From IMG/VR virus record IMGVR_UViG_3300020381_000027, positions 1 through 34,780 of that record: a stretch of 34,780 nucleotides of DNA, one strand, 5' to 3'. Numbering within the stretch: position 1 is the stretch's first letter; the number at the start of each line of letters is the position of its first letter. Positions 1 to 9,936 of the stretch are shown piece after piece. The stretch comes from a virus. Lineage: Duplodnaviria; Caudoviricetes. Position numbers and translations under genes: made by a program. The notes under the pieces are model-generated. The model saw only the letters and a list, made by a program, of their open reading frames with translations. It ran no database searches and was not told the origin of the DNA.

Positions 1-1
1 A

Positions 2-457
2 GCTAATAGAGATAGAGCTATACAAGCTGGAGCTTATGGTGGAGCTAGAGAAGGTATTATGGCAACAGAATTTGATGCAAGAAATTTAATGCAAAGAGCA
101 GGATTACAAGCACAATTATTACAACAAGGATTTCAACAAGCACAAGCAGCTGCAGCACAAGATCTTGCTGCAAGACAAGGACTTGGAACTTACCAAACAC
201 AATTAGGTCAATCAGGTCAAGCACAAACTCAAGCTGGATTAGACGCAGCAGCGGCAGCAGCAAGAGAAGCACAATTCGAACCTTTTACTAGATTAGGTTT
301 AGTAGGACAACAACTTGCACAGATTCAACCTGGTGCATTCCCTACTCAAACAGTAGGATATCAAGCACCGGCAGCACCAGCTAGTCCATTATCTACAGCT
401 TTAGGTGTTGGTACTGGTATCGCTAGTATTGGATCTAAACTGGGATTATTTGGATAA
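2..457 (+). CDS. Internal virion / DNA ejection (pilot-like) protein, 5'-truncated
   Basis: Frame is open from position 2 (ANRDRAIQAGAYGGAREGIM...). Gln/Ala/Gly-rich with a glycine-rich hydrophobic C-terminus; lies upstream of other internal virion genes. Confidence 0.6.
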   Translation, partial: ANRDRAIQAGAYGGAREGIMATEFDARNLMQRAGLQAQLLQQGFQQAQAAAAQDLAARQGLGTYQTQLGQSGQAQTQAGLDAAAAAAREAQFEPFTRLGLVGQQLAQIQPGAFPTQTVGYQAPAAPASPLSTALGVGTGIASIGSKLGLFG

Positions 458-1743
458 TGAGTAGAATATTAAGAAGACCAATGTTTCGTGGAGGACCTGT
501 ATCGAGTTATGGAACGGGGATCGCTTCTGGATTAGGTGATAATAGACAAAATTTTTTTGAAGGTGGAATATCTACAGCTATGATGAATGAATTAACTGGA
601 GGATCTAATGTTAGAGGAAGAATTCCAACAGGAGGTCAAATACTTTCACAAGCTAGAGCTCCTATTCAAGGACCTCCAATAAGTCCTCAATTAAAAGCAA
701 TTCAAAATAGAATTGCTAATCAAGGAAAATCAGTTGCAAGATCTAGACTTACACAAGGTTTATTTAATAGATTAGGTTCTTTTGCTGGTAGATTTCCAAT
801 GACCGCGTCAACAGGTTTAATGGGTTTAACTATGTCAGGTCCTGCGTTTTTAGCTTATATGAATGCTCCTAAAACTGTAGAAGAATTAAACTACATGAAA
901 GAAATGAATGAAAGCGGAGTATTTGATGAAACAGCTTCAGAAGAAGATATTTTAGCCTATGAAACTGAAAGAGCAAGATTAAGAGAAGAGGGAACTCCTC
1001 TTGGCACAGACGGTGCAGGTTACACATCTTCTACTACAGAATTAAAAGATATTATAGATGATCAATTACAATTAAAAGACGCAAAAAAAGCTTTAGAAAT
1101 TGAAAAAGAAAAGAAAAAACAAGAGGAAGAAAATGAATACAAAGTACAACAAGTAAAATCAGAAGAACCTGAACTTACGGTAGATGATTATATAGAATTA
1201 TTAGGTGGCACTAAAGCAAGACGTAGAGATGTAGGAGATATGTTAGGTAGAGCTTCTGCAGCATTTTTAGGAGCGGGAGATGTTAAAGAAGGTTTTGCAG
1301 AATTTATGAAAACAGAATCAGCAGCTGGACCAAGCAGAAGAGAAAAAATAGAACAAACTGCAGCTATGATAGATATTAAAGATAAACAAGCAGGTAAACG
1401 TGCTAAAGAACAAATTGGTATGTTTATGGAACAAGAAAAATTTAGGAACAAATTAGCTACAGAAAGAGGAAAGGGAACTGTTATTGATCAATACTTAAAT
1501 GCTAGAAAAACAACAAGTAAACCAGGTTCTGCCATTGCTGCAGTTAAAAATAGTGTTCCAGAATTTAGAAATTCATTAAGTAAAACAGTAAGTAAAAAAG
1601 ATAAAAAAAATGTAAATGTAACACAAGATGATGTAGGAACATTATTTGCAATAGAAAATGAGGATGGAAGCTATACAATTAATATTGTAACTATTGTAGA
1701 TAGTAAAGCAATATTAAAACCAGTTTTTAAAACCCCAGATTAG
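457..1743 (+). CDS. Putative internal virion protein
   Basis: 428 aa, TAATG-coupled to upstream gene. Basic N-terminus SRILRRPMFRGG and charged coiled-coil centre; position in the ejection-protein block. Confidence 0.55.
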   Translation: MSRILRRPMFRGGPVSSYGTGIASGLGDNRQNFFEGGISTAMMNELTGGSNVRGRIPTGGQILSQARAPIQGPPISPQLKAIQNRIANQGKSVARSRLTQGLFNRLGSFAGRFPMTASTGLMGLTMSGPAFLAYMNAPKTVEELNYMKEMNESGVFDETASEEDILAYETERARLREEGTPLGTDGAGYTSSTTELKDIIDDQLQLKDAKKALEIEKEKKKQEEENEYKVQQVKSEEPELTVDDYIELLGGTKARRRDVGDMLGRASAAFLGAGDVKEGFAEFMKTESAAGPSRREKIEQTAAMIDIKDKQAGKRAKEQIGMFMEQEKFRNKLATERGKGTVIDQYLNARKTTSKPGSAIAAVKNSVPEFRNSLSKTVSKKDKKNVNVTQDDVGTLFAIENEDGSYTINIVTIVDSKAILKPVFKTPD

Positions 1744-1752
1744 GAGTAATTA

Positions 1753-4700
1753 ATGCCTACTATACAAGAGTTATTAGATCAAAATAATAACCTTAATTCA
1801 AATCTTAATGAAGAAGAAGATAAAGAAATTGGAACTATTCGTTCTATTTTATCTGGTGTAGCATCTGGTGTTTTTAAAATTCCAGAAGGTGTTGTTTCAT
1901 TGGGTGCTAATCTAATTGATTTAGGTGCAGGAACAAATACCGCAGCTAGTGTAGAAAAATTTTTTGATAAAATAAATCCATTTGACGAAGCAGCTGAAGC
2001 TACTGCAGCTGGCAAAATTACTGAACTTATAGTTAATTTAGGAATACCAGGAGGTATTGCATTTAAAGCAGGAAGAACTTTTGCAAAAAATGCTTTACTT
2101 GCTAAACAAAATGGAAAATATGTTCAACTTACAGGACAAGCAGGAAAAAAATTACTAAAAAATATTAAAGATGGTGAGCTCACTACTTTAGGAAAAACAT
2201 TAGAATATGGTTCCGGCGCTGCCGTTAGTGGATTAGCTGAAGGTATTGTAATAGGAGATGTAAAAGATGCAGGAACTTTTGGAAATTTATTAGGAGGTCC
2301 TACCAAATTAAGTGAAACAGGAGATTATAATGCAAAAGAAGCTATTAAAGATAGATTAAAGTTTGCAACTGAAGGAGCATTATTTACAGGTATATTAGGT
2401 GCAGGTGTAGCTGGAGTTAAAAAATTAAGAAATCAAAAAAGTGGTGGAAAAGTAATTAACGGAAAAATTGATAGATGGTTAGATAAATATGTATCTAGAC
2501 CATTAAGAGCTAGAGGACTAGATCCTCAAGAAATGTTTGATATTAAAAGAGGAAGAGAAGGTAAAATAGGAAAAGATTTAAACGTTGCAAGAAATTATAC
2601 TTATGACATTGATAATCAATTAGACAAATTGTTTCCTTTTTGGAAAAGGGTAATAGGAGATAGAACTGTTACGACTCAAAGAGAAGAACTTACAAAAGAA
2701 TTAAACGATATTTTATTATCTGGATCTGGAAAAAATAAAACTTTAAATCCTATTTTTAATCAAATTGATGAGTTAGATAAAACAGGAAAAGCTACAGGTA
2801 AAAAATTATTTAATGTAACTTTTGATGAAATAGATCAAACTAAAGCTAATAATTTTAAAGAAAAATTAGTAAATCAATTTAAAGCTAATTCAGCAGATGT
2901 AGATGAAATGTTTACAACATTAAAAGATGTAAGAGCTGGATGGAGTAATTTATTTTCTGCTGCAGGTAGAAGATTAGAACCCAATGCTTTAAGAGATTTT
3001 AAAATATTAATGAAAGAAAAAGTTCCTAATTTTTTAAATTCAACTTATAAGGCTTTTGATGATAAAAAAATTTCTAAAACTGGTTTTCAACTCGCAAGTA
3101 ATTATAAACCTCCTAGAACTTTAATTACTGAAACTATGGAACAAATAAAAGAAATTGCTAAAAAAAATACAAATGGAAAAATTATTCTTGATGATTTTGA
3201 AGCAGAAGAAATAGTTCAAAATATTTGGAGAACATCAAAACTTCCTCAAGGATTTAAATTAAAATCAGAATTAAAATTTACAGGTCCTAATTTTTTAAAA
3301 AAATCTTTTTTGGATGAAACTATGGGGAAAAAAGGAAGTATTAATATATCTGAACTTACAGGAACTAGTGAAAATGTTGTTAATAAATTATTGGGAAAAA
3401 ACGAAAACGCTCTTTCTACTATTTTACAAGGAACAAATAAATTATCTATGGTAGTTAGAAGTAATCAATATTTTGATGCGCTTGCTAAAAAATCTAAAGA
3501 AATGTCTATATTAAGAAAAGCGCAAATAGATGAGTTTATAAAACAAGGATTGTCAAAAACTGAAGCCGAACAAAAAGCAATTGCTCCTTTGTTTGTAGAT
3601 ACAATTGATGAAGCAAGAGAAGTATTTGGTGCAAGAAGTGATTTAGATATTGCAATGGTAGGAGCAAAGAAAAGTGTTAGAGGTGTTGAAGGAATGCAAG
3701 TTATAGATCCTTTTTATGATCCTGATGCTGTTATTAGTAAAGCTGCTAGAGGAGTTAGAGAAGGAGAGGTTCAAGTTGCAGATATTATTAATCCACTAGA
3801 AGGAAAATTTGCATTAGCAGATACAGTTAGGGCTTTAGAAGATGTAAGAACTAGTTTTTTAGGAGAAGGAATGACATCTCAAATTTATCAAAATTTAGTT
3901 TTGTATCCTAAAGCAATGTCTCAATTAGCTAAAACTGTTTTAGGTCCAATAACTCACATGAGAAATTTTATGAGCGCTTCTATGTTTGCAGCTGCAAATG
4001 GAATTATACCTTTTGCAGACACCGAAGCTGTGAAACAAGCTAGACAAGCTATTCAAGTATTCGGAAGAAATAAAGATGGCAATCAATTGTATCAAAGATT
4101 ATTAGAACTAGGAGTAGTAAATTCAAACGTTAGATTAGGAGATCTTACTAATTTATTAGGTGATGTTAAATTTGGTTCTACATTAGGTGAAGTAAAAGTT
4201 TTTAAAAATTTATTAAATAGATTAGGAAAAATAAAACAATTTGCTGAAGATGCTTACACAGCTGAAGATGATTTTTGGAAAATATTTACATGGTTTGGAG
4301 AAAAAAGTAAATTAGAAAATGCATACAAAGTTGCTGGTTTAAACTTTGGAGATGATATTTTAGATGCTACTGGTAAAAAAACAGGAAAAATTTTTAACGA
4401 AGAATTTTTAGAATTAGAGGCTGCTAATATGGTTAAAAATCAAGTTCCTAATTATGCTTATGTTAATGATGTTATAAAAGCTTTAAGACAATTACCTTTT
4501 GGAAACTTTGTTTCTTTTCCTTCTGAAATGTTAAGGACAACTACTAACATAGTAGAAAGAGCTATTAATGAAATAACTTATAAAACAATGATTAATGGAC
4601 AAGTTGTAAGTCCTTTAAAAGGAAGAGGATTACAAAGACTTTTAGGTTTAGGTGTTACCACAGCTGCAGTTCCTTACGCAGCAGTTGAGGCAGGAAAAGC

Positions 4701-5919
4701 TATATATAATGTTTCTGAAGATGAAATAAATGCTATGAGAAGATATGTTCCAAGATGGTCTAAAAATTCTGTATTAATTCCTACAAGAGATGATGAAGGT
4801 AATTTAGAATATATTGATTTTTCTCACATGAACGCTTACGATACGGTAACAAGACCTATTCAAACTGTACTTAATGCAGTTCAAGAAGGAAGAACTGATA
4901 AAGATGGGTTAATGGATGATTTTATAATAGGATTAACTGAAGCAACAAAAGAATTAGGCGAGCCTTTTGTATCTGAATCTATTTGGACAGAAGCTTTATT
5001 AGATGTTTCTCCAATAAGAGGAGGAAGAACAGCTGAAGGAAGAGGAATTTGGAATCCATTAGATTCTACAGGAGATAAAATACAAAAAGCTCTAGTTCAT
5101 TTAGGAATAACACAAGTTCCTTTAAACGCTAATCAATTTAAAAGATTAGGACTTTCTCTTGTTCCAAAAGATTCTGAAGGAAGTTTTGATAAATATGGAA
5201 ATCAATTTGAATTAGGAAACGAATTACTTGGAATAATAGGATTAAGGAATGTTAAAATAGATCCTACAAAAGGCATTAATTATAAAATTAGTGATTACAA
5301 AAAAGGCATAAGAAATGCTAGAAGTTTATTTACAAGGGCAACAGTAAAAGGAGGTGTTGTTTCTCCTGAAGAAATTGTTGATGCTTATATTAATGCTAAT
5401 AGAGGTTTATACCAGGTCAATAGAGAAATATATAAAGATATTGAAGCAGCCAAAACGTTAGGAATGAATAATTCTGCTATTGAAGAATCTTTTATTAATA
5501 GAGGAGAGAGAAATAATTTTAGAGCTTTAGAAGAAAGTAGATTTAGACCTTTAACTATATCAAGATCTATAAGAGAATTATTTAATGAAAACGCTGCTGA
5601 ATTAGGAATATCTAATCCTTTTGAAGCTGCATATAATGAAATAGAAAGAATTAGAGGTCAATTAGAAAGAATTACTTTAGAAGGAAATTTCTTTCCTGTA
5701 ATAGAAAACTCACTTAAAAATTTACCCGAACCAACACTAGGTCCTATTGGAAGTTTACCATTAGATGTAACAACAGCTAGTAATATCATAGGAGGTCAAA
5801 ATACATTTCTTCCAAACATAGTGACACAAGAACAAACCTTTGCTAGTTTAAACCCCGATGATAAACTAGGTCAAGCTTATCTTCAAAAACAAATACAAAA
5901 AAATAGAAGGACGGTTTAA
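1753..5919 (+). CDS. Large internal virion protein (ejectosome-type)
   Basis: 1388 aa with AGGAG RBS. Glycine-rich hydrophobic N-terminal segments and a helical body; last large gene before lysis genes, as in podoviruses. Confidence 0.65.
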   Translation: MPTIQELLDQNNNLNSNLNEEEDKEIGTIRSILSGVASGVFKIPEGVVSLGANLIDLGAGTNTAASVEKFFDKINPFDEAAEATAAGKITELIVNLGIPGGIAFKAGRTFAKNALLAKQNGKYVQLTGQAGKKLLKNIKDGELTTLGKTLEYGSGAAVSGLAEGIVIGDVKDAGTFGNLLGGPTKLSETGDYNAKEAIKDRLKFATEGALFTGILGAGVAGVKKLRNQKSGGKVINGKIDRWLDKYVSRPLRARGLDPQEMFDIKRGREGKIGKDLNVARNYTYDIDNQLDKLFPFWKRVIGDRTVTTQREELTKELNDILLSGSGKNKTLNPIFNQIDELDKTGKATGKKLFNVTFDEIDQTKANNFKEKLVNQFKANSADVDEMFTTLKDVRAGWSNLFSAAGRRLEPNALRDFKILMKEKVPNFLNSTYKAFDDKKISKTGFQLASNYKPPRTLITETMEQIKEIAKKNTNGKIILDDFEAEEIVQNIWRTSKLPQGFKLKSELKFTGPNFLKKSFLDETMGKKGSINISELTGTSENVVNKLLGKNENALSTILQGTNKLSMVVRSNQYFDALAKKSKEMSILRKAQIDEFIKQGLSKTEAEQKAIAPLFVDTIDEAREVFGARSDLDIAMVGAKKSVRGVEGMQVIDPFYDPDAVISKAARGVREGEVQVADIINPLEGKFALADTVRALEDVRTSFLGEGMTSQIYQNLVLYPKAMSQLAKTVLGPITHMRNFMSASMFAAANGIIPFADTEAVKQARQAIQVFGRNKDGNQLYQRLLELGVVNSNVRLGDLTNLLGDVKFGSTLGEVKVFKNLLNRLGKIKQFAEDAYTAEDDFWKIFTWFGEKSKLENAYKVAGLNFGDDILDATGKKTGKIFNEEFLELEAANMVKNQVPNYAYVNDVIKALRQLPFGNFVSFPSEMLRTTTNIVERAINEITYKTMINGQVVSPLKGRGLQRLLGLGVTTAAVPYAAVEAGKAIYNVSEDEINAMRRYVPRWSKNSVLIPTRDDEGNLEYIDFSHMNAYDTVTRPIQTVLNAVQEGRTDKDGLMDDFIIGLTEATKELGEPFVSESIWTEALLDVSPIRGGRTAEGRGIWNPLDSTGDKIQKALVHLGITQVPLNANQFKRLGLSLVPKDSEGSFDKYGNQFELGNELLGIIGLRNVKIDPTKGINYKISDYKKGIRNARSLFTRATVKGGVVSPEEIVDAYINANRGLYQVNREIYKDIEAAKTLGMNNSAIEESFINRGERNNFRALEESRFRPLTISRSIRELFNENAAELGISNPFEAAYNEIERIRGQLERITLEGNFFPVIENSLKNLPEPTLGPIGSLPLDVTTASNIIGGQNTFLPNIVTQEQTFASLNPDDKLGQAYLQKQIQKNRRTV

Positions 5920-6113
5920 TGGACATCAAACCAAAGACAACAAGAGAACACATATTATCCCTGTATGGACACATATCAGGTGTTAAGAAAAACTTAAATC
6001 ACGTACACAAAGATGTGGAAAATTTGGGCGGTAAGATAGATAAAATCTATTGGGTTCTTTTGACTGTTGCGGGAACTGCAGTACTCTTTGTAATTGAAAG
6101 GATGTTTGGATGA
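5919..6113 (+). CDS. Small coiled-coil protein with C-terminal transmembrane helix (possible lysis accessory)
   Basis: C-terminal IYWVLLTVAGTAVLFVI; directly upstream of the endolysin with ATGA overlap. Confidence 0.55.
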   Translation: MDIKPKTTREHILSLYGHISGVKKNLNHVHKDVENLGGKIDKIYWVLLTVAGTAVLFVIERMFG

Positions 6114-6562
6114 AATTAAGTTTAAATTTTTCTTTAAAAGAATTAACTGCTTCGCAGACAGCGGAACGTAAAGGTATTGATAATACACCAACAGAGGAGC
6201 ATATAGAAAATTTAAAATTACTTTGTGAAAATATTTTACAACCAACTCGTGATGAGTGGGGCATTATAAGCGTGTCCTCGGGTTACAGATCACCAGAATT
6301 ATGTGTAGCAATCGGCAGCTCTGAACGATCACAACACGCACGTGGCCAGGCGGCAGACTTCGAATGTCATCGTGTAGATAACAAGATGCTATTTGAGTGG
6401 ATCACTAATGAGTTAGATTATGATCAAGCAATTTTAGAATTTTACAATGGCACACCCGATAGCGGTTGGATTCACGTATCTTATAACAAAGATGGTAATC
6501 GTAAACAAAAATTAAGAGCATTCCGTAACGACGCCGGTAAAACTCAATACGAAGAGATTTAG
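6110..6562 (+). CDS. Endolysin, peptidase M15A family (Zn D-Ala-D-Ala peptidase fold)
   Basis: Motifs SGYRS, SQH-x3-QAAD and WIHVSY. Confidence 0.9.
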   Translation: MKLSLNFSLKELTASQTAERKGIDNTPTEEHIENLKLLCENILQPTRDEWGIISVSSGYRSPELCVAIGSSERSQHARGQAADFECHRVDNKMLFEWITNELDYDQAILEFYNGTPDSGWIHVSYNKDGNRKQKLRAFRNDAGKTQYEEI

Positions 6563-6565
6563 CTT

Positions 6566-6943
6566 ATGAAAAATAGTCTTCTGGTGCATAAGCATCTAAT
6601 CATTCGCGCCGAGGCTAGTCGACCCCCCACAGAAGAAGAGTATCTAAAAAATTGGATGATAGATTTTATAGAGTCTTTAGACATGAGAATATTTATGGGC
6701 CCATACGTAAAGTATTGCACTATGGCTGGTAATAGAGGTATTACAGCCGTAGCAATTATAGAAACTTCACATATAGCTATGCATATCTGGGACGAACCTA
6801 AACCTGCATTAATGCAAATGGATGTTTATTCTTGTGGTGAATTTGACCACACAGATATTTGTAAAAAATTAATGAATGATTTTGATATACACAAAATAGA
6901 ATATAAATATTTAAATAGAGAAACGGGACTCGTGGATCTTTAA
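6566..6943 (+). CDS. speD: S-adenosylmethionine decarboxylase (SpeD/SpeH)-family pyruvoyl proenzyme
   Basis: GITAVAIIETSHIAMHIWDE and DVYSCG match the class 1B AdoMetDC self-cleavage region and catalytic Cys. Confidence 0.85.
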   Translation: MKNSLLVHKHLIIRAEASRPPTEEEYLKNWMIDFIESLDMRIFMGPYVKYCTMAGNRGITAVAIIETSHIAMHIWDEPKPALMQMDVYSCGEFDHTDICKKLMNDFDIHKIEYKYLNRETGLVDL

Positions 6944-7219
6944 TTATTGTGGTTCGTGTCCCCCACATATATAACCAATAACTTTTTTACCATTCCATCT
7001 ATGTTTATAATGGTTTTGTCCTGGTTTAGGATTTTTTCTTACAGTAATTACTACGTTTCGATTATACCAACTACTACAAACTATTGCGTTTGAGTCATGC
7101 CAGTTAATACCATCACGTCCATTATAATCTTCTCTTGTATTTGGTATTTCGAATGTATGCATTTCTATTTTACCAAATAATGTAAGAGTTAATAAAGTTA
7201 TCATCACAATATTTTCCAT
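6944..7219 (-). CDS. Hypothetical exported protein
   Basis: Hydrophobic N-terminus and two Cys; stop codon abuts the speD stop tail-to-tail. Confidence 0.6.
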   Translation of the reverse strand: MENIVMITLLTLTLFGKIEMHTFEIPNTREDYNGRDGINWHDSNAIVCSSWYNRNVVITVRKNPKPGQNHYKHRWNGKKVIGYICGGHEPQ

Positions 7220-7222
7220 GAT

Positions 7223-7429
7223 TTATTCTCTATCATCATGCCACCGTTCATTTATTTTACAAGCCATCCAATAAGCTATTGGAATACAGATTATAAAAGT
7301 TATTTCTGCAGCTCTTAATACACTTACATCCCACAACTTATAAACAATATGATGTATACCGATAGGTACAAACCCACCAATACAAATTAATATCGCCATT
7401 CTTATATAAAACGGGTATTTCATATCCAA
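7223..7429 (-). CDS. Small two-TM membrane protein
   Basis: Two hydrophobic stretches; coupled to the helicase 3' end. Confidence 0.6.
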   Translation of the reverse strand: MDMKYPFYIRMAILICIGGFVPIGIHHIVYKLWDVSVLRAAEITFIICIPIAYWMACKINERWHDDRE

Positions 7430-8853
7430 TCCTGAACTGTATCACCCATCACCGTAGATGCAATATTAATTTTTTTCTTTAATGCTTTCAGAATTTTTTC
7501 ATCAACAGTTTTTTCTGCTATTAGATCTACATACGTTACTGGTTTATGTTGACCTATTCTATGTGCTCTATCTTCTGATTGTAATCTTTTTTCTAAATCA
7601 TAATTATTAGAATAATAAATTACATTACTAGCAGCTGTAAGAGTTAATCCATACCCTGCGGTTTGCGTATTACCCACAAAATATTTTACATTTGATTTTG
7701 AATCTTGAAATTGTTTAATTGCTTCTTGTCTATCTTGGGAAGACACTTCACCATAATATTGTACAACACTACCTTCTCCATATTCATTTTCTAAAGTATT
7801 TGTTATTTCTTTTATATCATGCACATAATTAGCCCATATAATAACTTTACCTTCCATTTCATCAATGACATCTAGTAATTCATCTATTCTGTTATGTTTA
7901 AAATTAGTTATACTTCCATCGTCCGATTTTAAATGACCACATGTAATCTGATGTAAACGCATCAGTTGCGTCAATACGTGAGGAGCTGTAGCCATCTTAC
8001 CTTTTAAAGAAGCGAGGGCCGCGGATTTCATTGTGGCATACGCTTCTTTTTGATCTGGTGTAAGTTCGATTGTTCTACTAATAAATATTTTTTTAGGTAA
8101 ATCTAAACACTCTGATTTTTGTACACGATAAGAAAACTTTTTTAATACCTCTTCAAGTTCATCCAATCTTTGATAACTAGCTACAATCTGTACTCTTCTA
8201 CCACCAAAATTTTTATCAATCATTTGAGCATATCTATTTCTAAAAGAATAATATGAAGCATGACCTAATAGTTCTTCATTTAAAAAAGCACATTGACTAT
8301 ACAAATCTAAAGGACTTTTAGTTACTGGAGAACCTGTAAGTATTCTTCTGTATTTAGCCTGCCTACCTAACATCAATATAGACTTTGTTCTTTTAGCTGA
8401 TGGATTTTTAATAGTAGTAGACTCATCAATAGTCATTAATGTTTTATGAGTCCTTAAAAATTTATATGCAAATTCTACACCTTTCTTTGTACTAAAGGCT
8501 TCTACATTCATTATTAATATATGCAAATCATAATCGGGTTTAAACAATGTGGCATATTCTTGTTCTTTTTTTTTCGAAGATGTGGCAGTCCATAAGACCA
8601 TTTTGGGTTTTACATGCTTAACTAAATGTATTGGAATTTCTTGAGATAACCAATTTGTATAAACACCTTTGGGTGCGACAATAAGCGCACCATCTATTTT
8701 ACCTTTATCATAAAGCATAGACATATTGTCCACCAATACTTTTGATTTACCTGTACCCATTTCCATAAAATAGCCATATTCTTTTTTGTTCCATGACTTT
8801 TCTAATGCCGTAAGCTGATGCTCATATGGTTTAGTTCTAAATTTATATTTCAT
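7420..8853 (-). CDS. SNF2-family (SF2) DNA helicase/ATPase
   Basis: EMGTGKS (I), DEST (II), LTGSP (III), GYGLTL (V), QSEDRAHRIGQ (VI). Start placed at ATG 8853 (MKYKF) because the longer ORF-track start lies in the promoter. Confidence 0.92.
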   Translation of the reverse strand: MKYKFRTKPYEHQLTALEKSWNKKEYGYFMEMGTGKSKVLVDNMSMLYDKGKIDGALIVAPKGVYTNWLSQEIPIHLVKHVKPKMVLWTATSSKKKEQEYATLFKPDYDLHILIMNVEAFSTKKGVEFAYKFLRTHKTLMTIDESTTIKNPSAKRTKSILMLGRQAKYRRILTGSPVTKSPLDLYSQCAFLNEELLGHASYYSFRNRYAQMIDKNFGGRRVQIVASYQRLDELEEVLKKFSYRVQKSECLDLPKKIFISRTIELTPDQKEAYATMKSAALASLKGKMATAPHVLTQLMRLHQITCGHLKSDDGSITNFKHNRIDELLDVIDEMEGKVIIWANYVHDIKEITNTLENEYGEGSVVQYYGEVSSQDRQEAIKQFQDSKSNVKYFVGNTQTAGYGLTLTAASNVIYYSNNYDLEKRLQSEDRAHRIGQHKPVTYVDLIAEKTVDEKILKALKKKINIASTVMGDTVQDWI

Positions 8854-8863
8854 ATTCTTTCTA

Positions 8864-8902
8864 CTTGACCTTTTATATATTAACGTATATATCTTTGTCA
8901 AG
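8864..8902. promoter_or_regulatory. Overlapping divergent sigma70-type promoters
   Basis: + strand TTGACC (8865) and - strand TTGACA (8901-8896) flank a shared TATA-rich core between divergent genes. Confidence 0.6.
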
Positions 8903-8911
8903 AAGTAAGAA

Positions 8912-9322
8912 ATGAAAAATAAAATATTTGAGTTATATAAATCAAGTTCTTTGGAAAGTTTTTTAAAATTAAATAAAAGCAGTCCAAAAGAAAAATTTGT
9001 TTATGTGATTCAACAACCACCTCCTAATATAAATATATTAAGTGCGTCTGACTTTGGTTATCTTGTAATATGTTTGCAAAATAGAGATCAAGCTATTTTT
9101 TCTACTTCGCCTTATGTGCAAAAGATGAAAAAAAATTTACAAGATTTTAGAAAGGGTGACTATTTACTTGCTGTGGGAGATCCTGTAATAATAGGATTAT
9201 CTACTGCAATTGTTAATGATGTTACCAATGGACAATTTAATATGTTGAAGTGGGATAAACGTGAATATAGATACTATCCATTAGAGTTTGATATGTATCA
9301 GAAAGGAGAAAATGAGTATTAA
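8912..9322 (+). CDS. Hypothetical phage protein
   Basis: 136-aa ORF, first gene of the replication operon. Confidence 0.75.
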   Translation: MKNKIFELYKSSSLESFLKLNKSSPKEKFVYVIQQPPPNINILSASDFGYLVICLQNRDQAIFSTSPYVQKMKKNLQDFRKGDYLLAVGDPVIIGLSTAIVNDVTNGQFNMLKWDKREYRYYPLEFDMYQKGENEY

Positions 9323-9923
9323 ACAAAAAGTAAAAGTAAAAACGTTTACAGGTAGTGGATCTTTTAATGTTAGAAATGAAATGTTAAAAGATACTAAAGA
9401 TCTACTTGATAATGTTGAGATAACAGACATTGCAAAACAATGTGTGTTGTTAAAAGAAAAAGAAGATGAAATAGCAGAACTTGAAGATAAGCTAAAAGCA
9501 AAAAAAGCTGAAGCTGATGATATAGGTTCTAGAGTTATTCCAGAACTTCTTTCGGAACAGGGATTATCAGAAATAAAACTAGCAGATGGTAGTAAAGTTT
9601 CTGTTAAGAAAAAATTTAGGGCTACTCTTCCAAAAGACGATTTGAAAAGAGAAAGCGCCTATCAATGGCTTCGTGACCAAAACCTAGGTGACATTATTAA
9701 AAACAATGTTAGCGTGAGTTTTGGAAAGGGAGAAGATAACAAGGCGAATCAATTGATGGACCTTGCGGTTGCTAATGGTTTTACTCCACAGCAGAAATCT
9801 GATGTGGCGTGGAATACATTGACAGCCCTTTATGAGGAGCGTGTCAAGGCCGGCCTTGACATGCCTTCTGATGTCTTTAGTCTTTGGATTAAAGACGAGA
9901 CAAAAATAAGCCGGAAAAAATAA
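9312..9923 (+). CDS. Coiled-coil phage protein (possible Gam/Gp157-like DNA-associated protein)
   Basis: AAAGGAGAAA RBS before ATG 9312; N-terminal coiled coil; sits before the SSB. Confidence 0.55.
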   Translation: MSIKQKVKVKTFTGSGSFNVRNEMLKDTKDLLDNVEITDIAKQCVLLKEKEDEIAELEDKLKAKKAEADDIGSRVIPELLSEQGLSEIKLADGSKVSVKKKFRATLPKDDLKRESAYQWLRDQNLGDIIKNNVSVSFGKGEDNKANQLMDLAVANGFTPQQKSDVAWNTLTALYEERVKAGLDMPSDVFSLWIKDETKISRKK

Positions 9924-9936
9924 TGGAGGATGAATA

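Noticed and set aside
57-2306. Antisense ORFs 57-272, 1188-1451, 1779-2015 and 2124-2306
   Set aside because: Shadow frames opposite long, well-formed + strand genes; no RBS or motifs.
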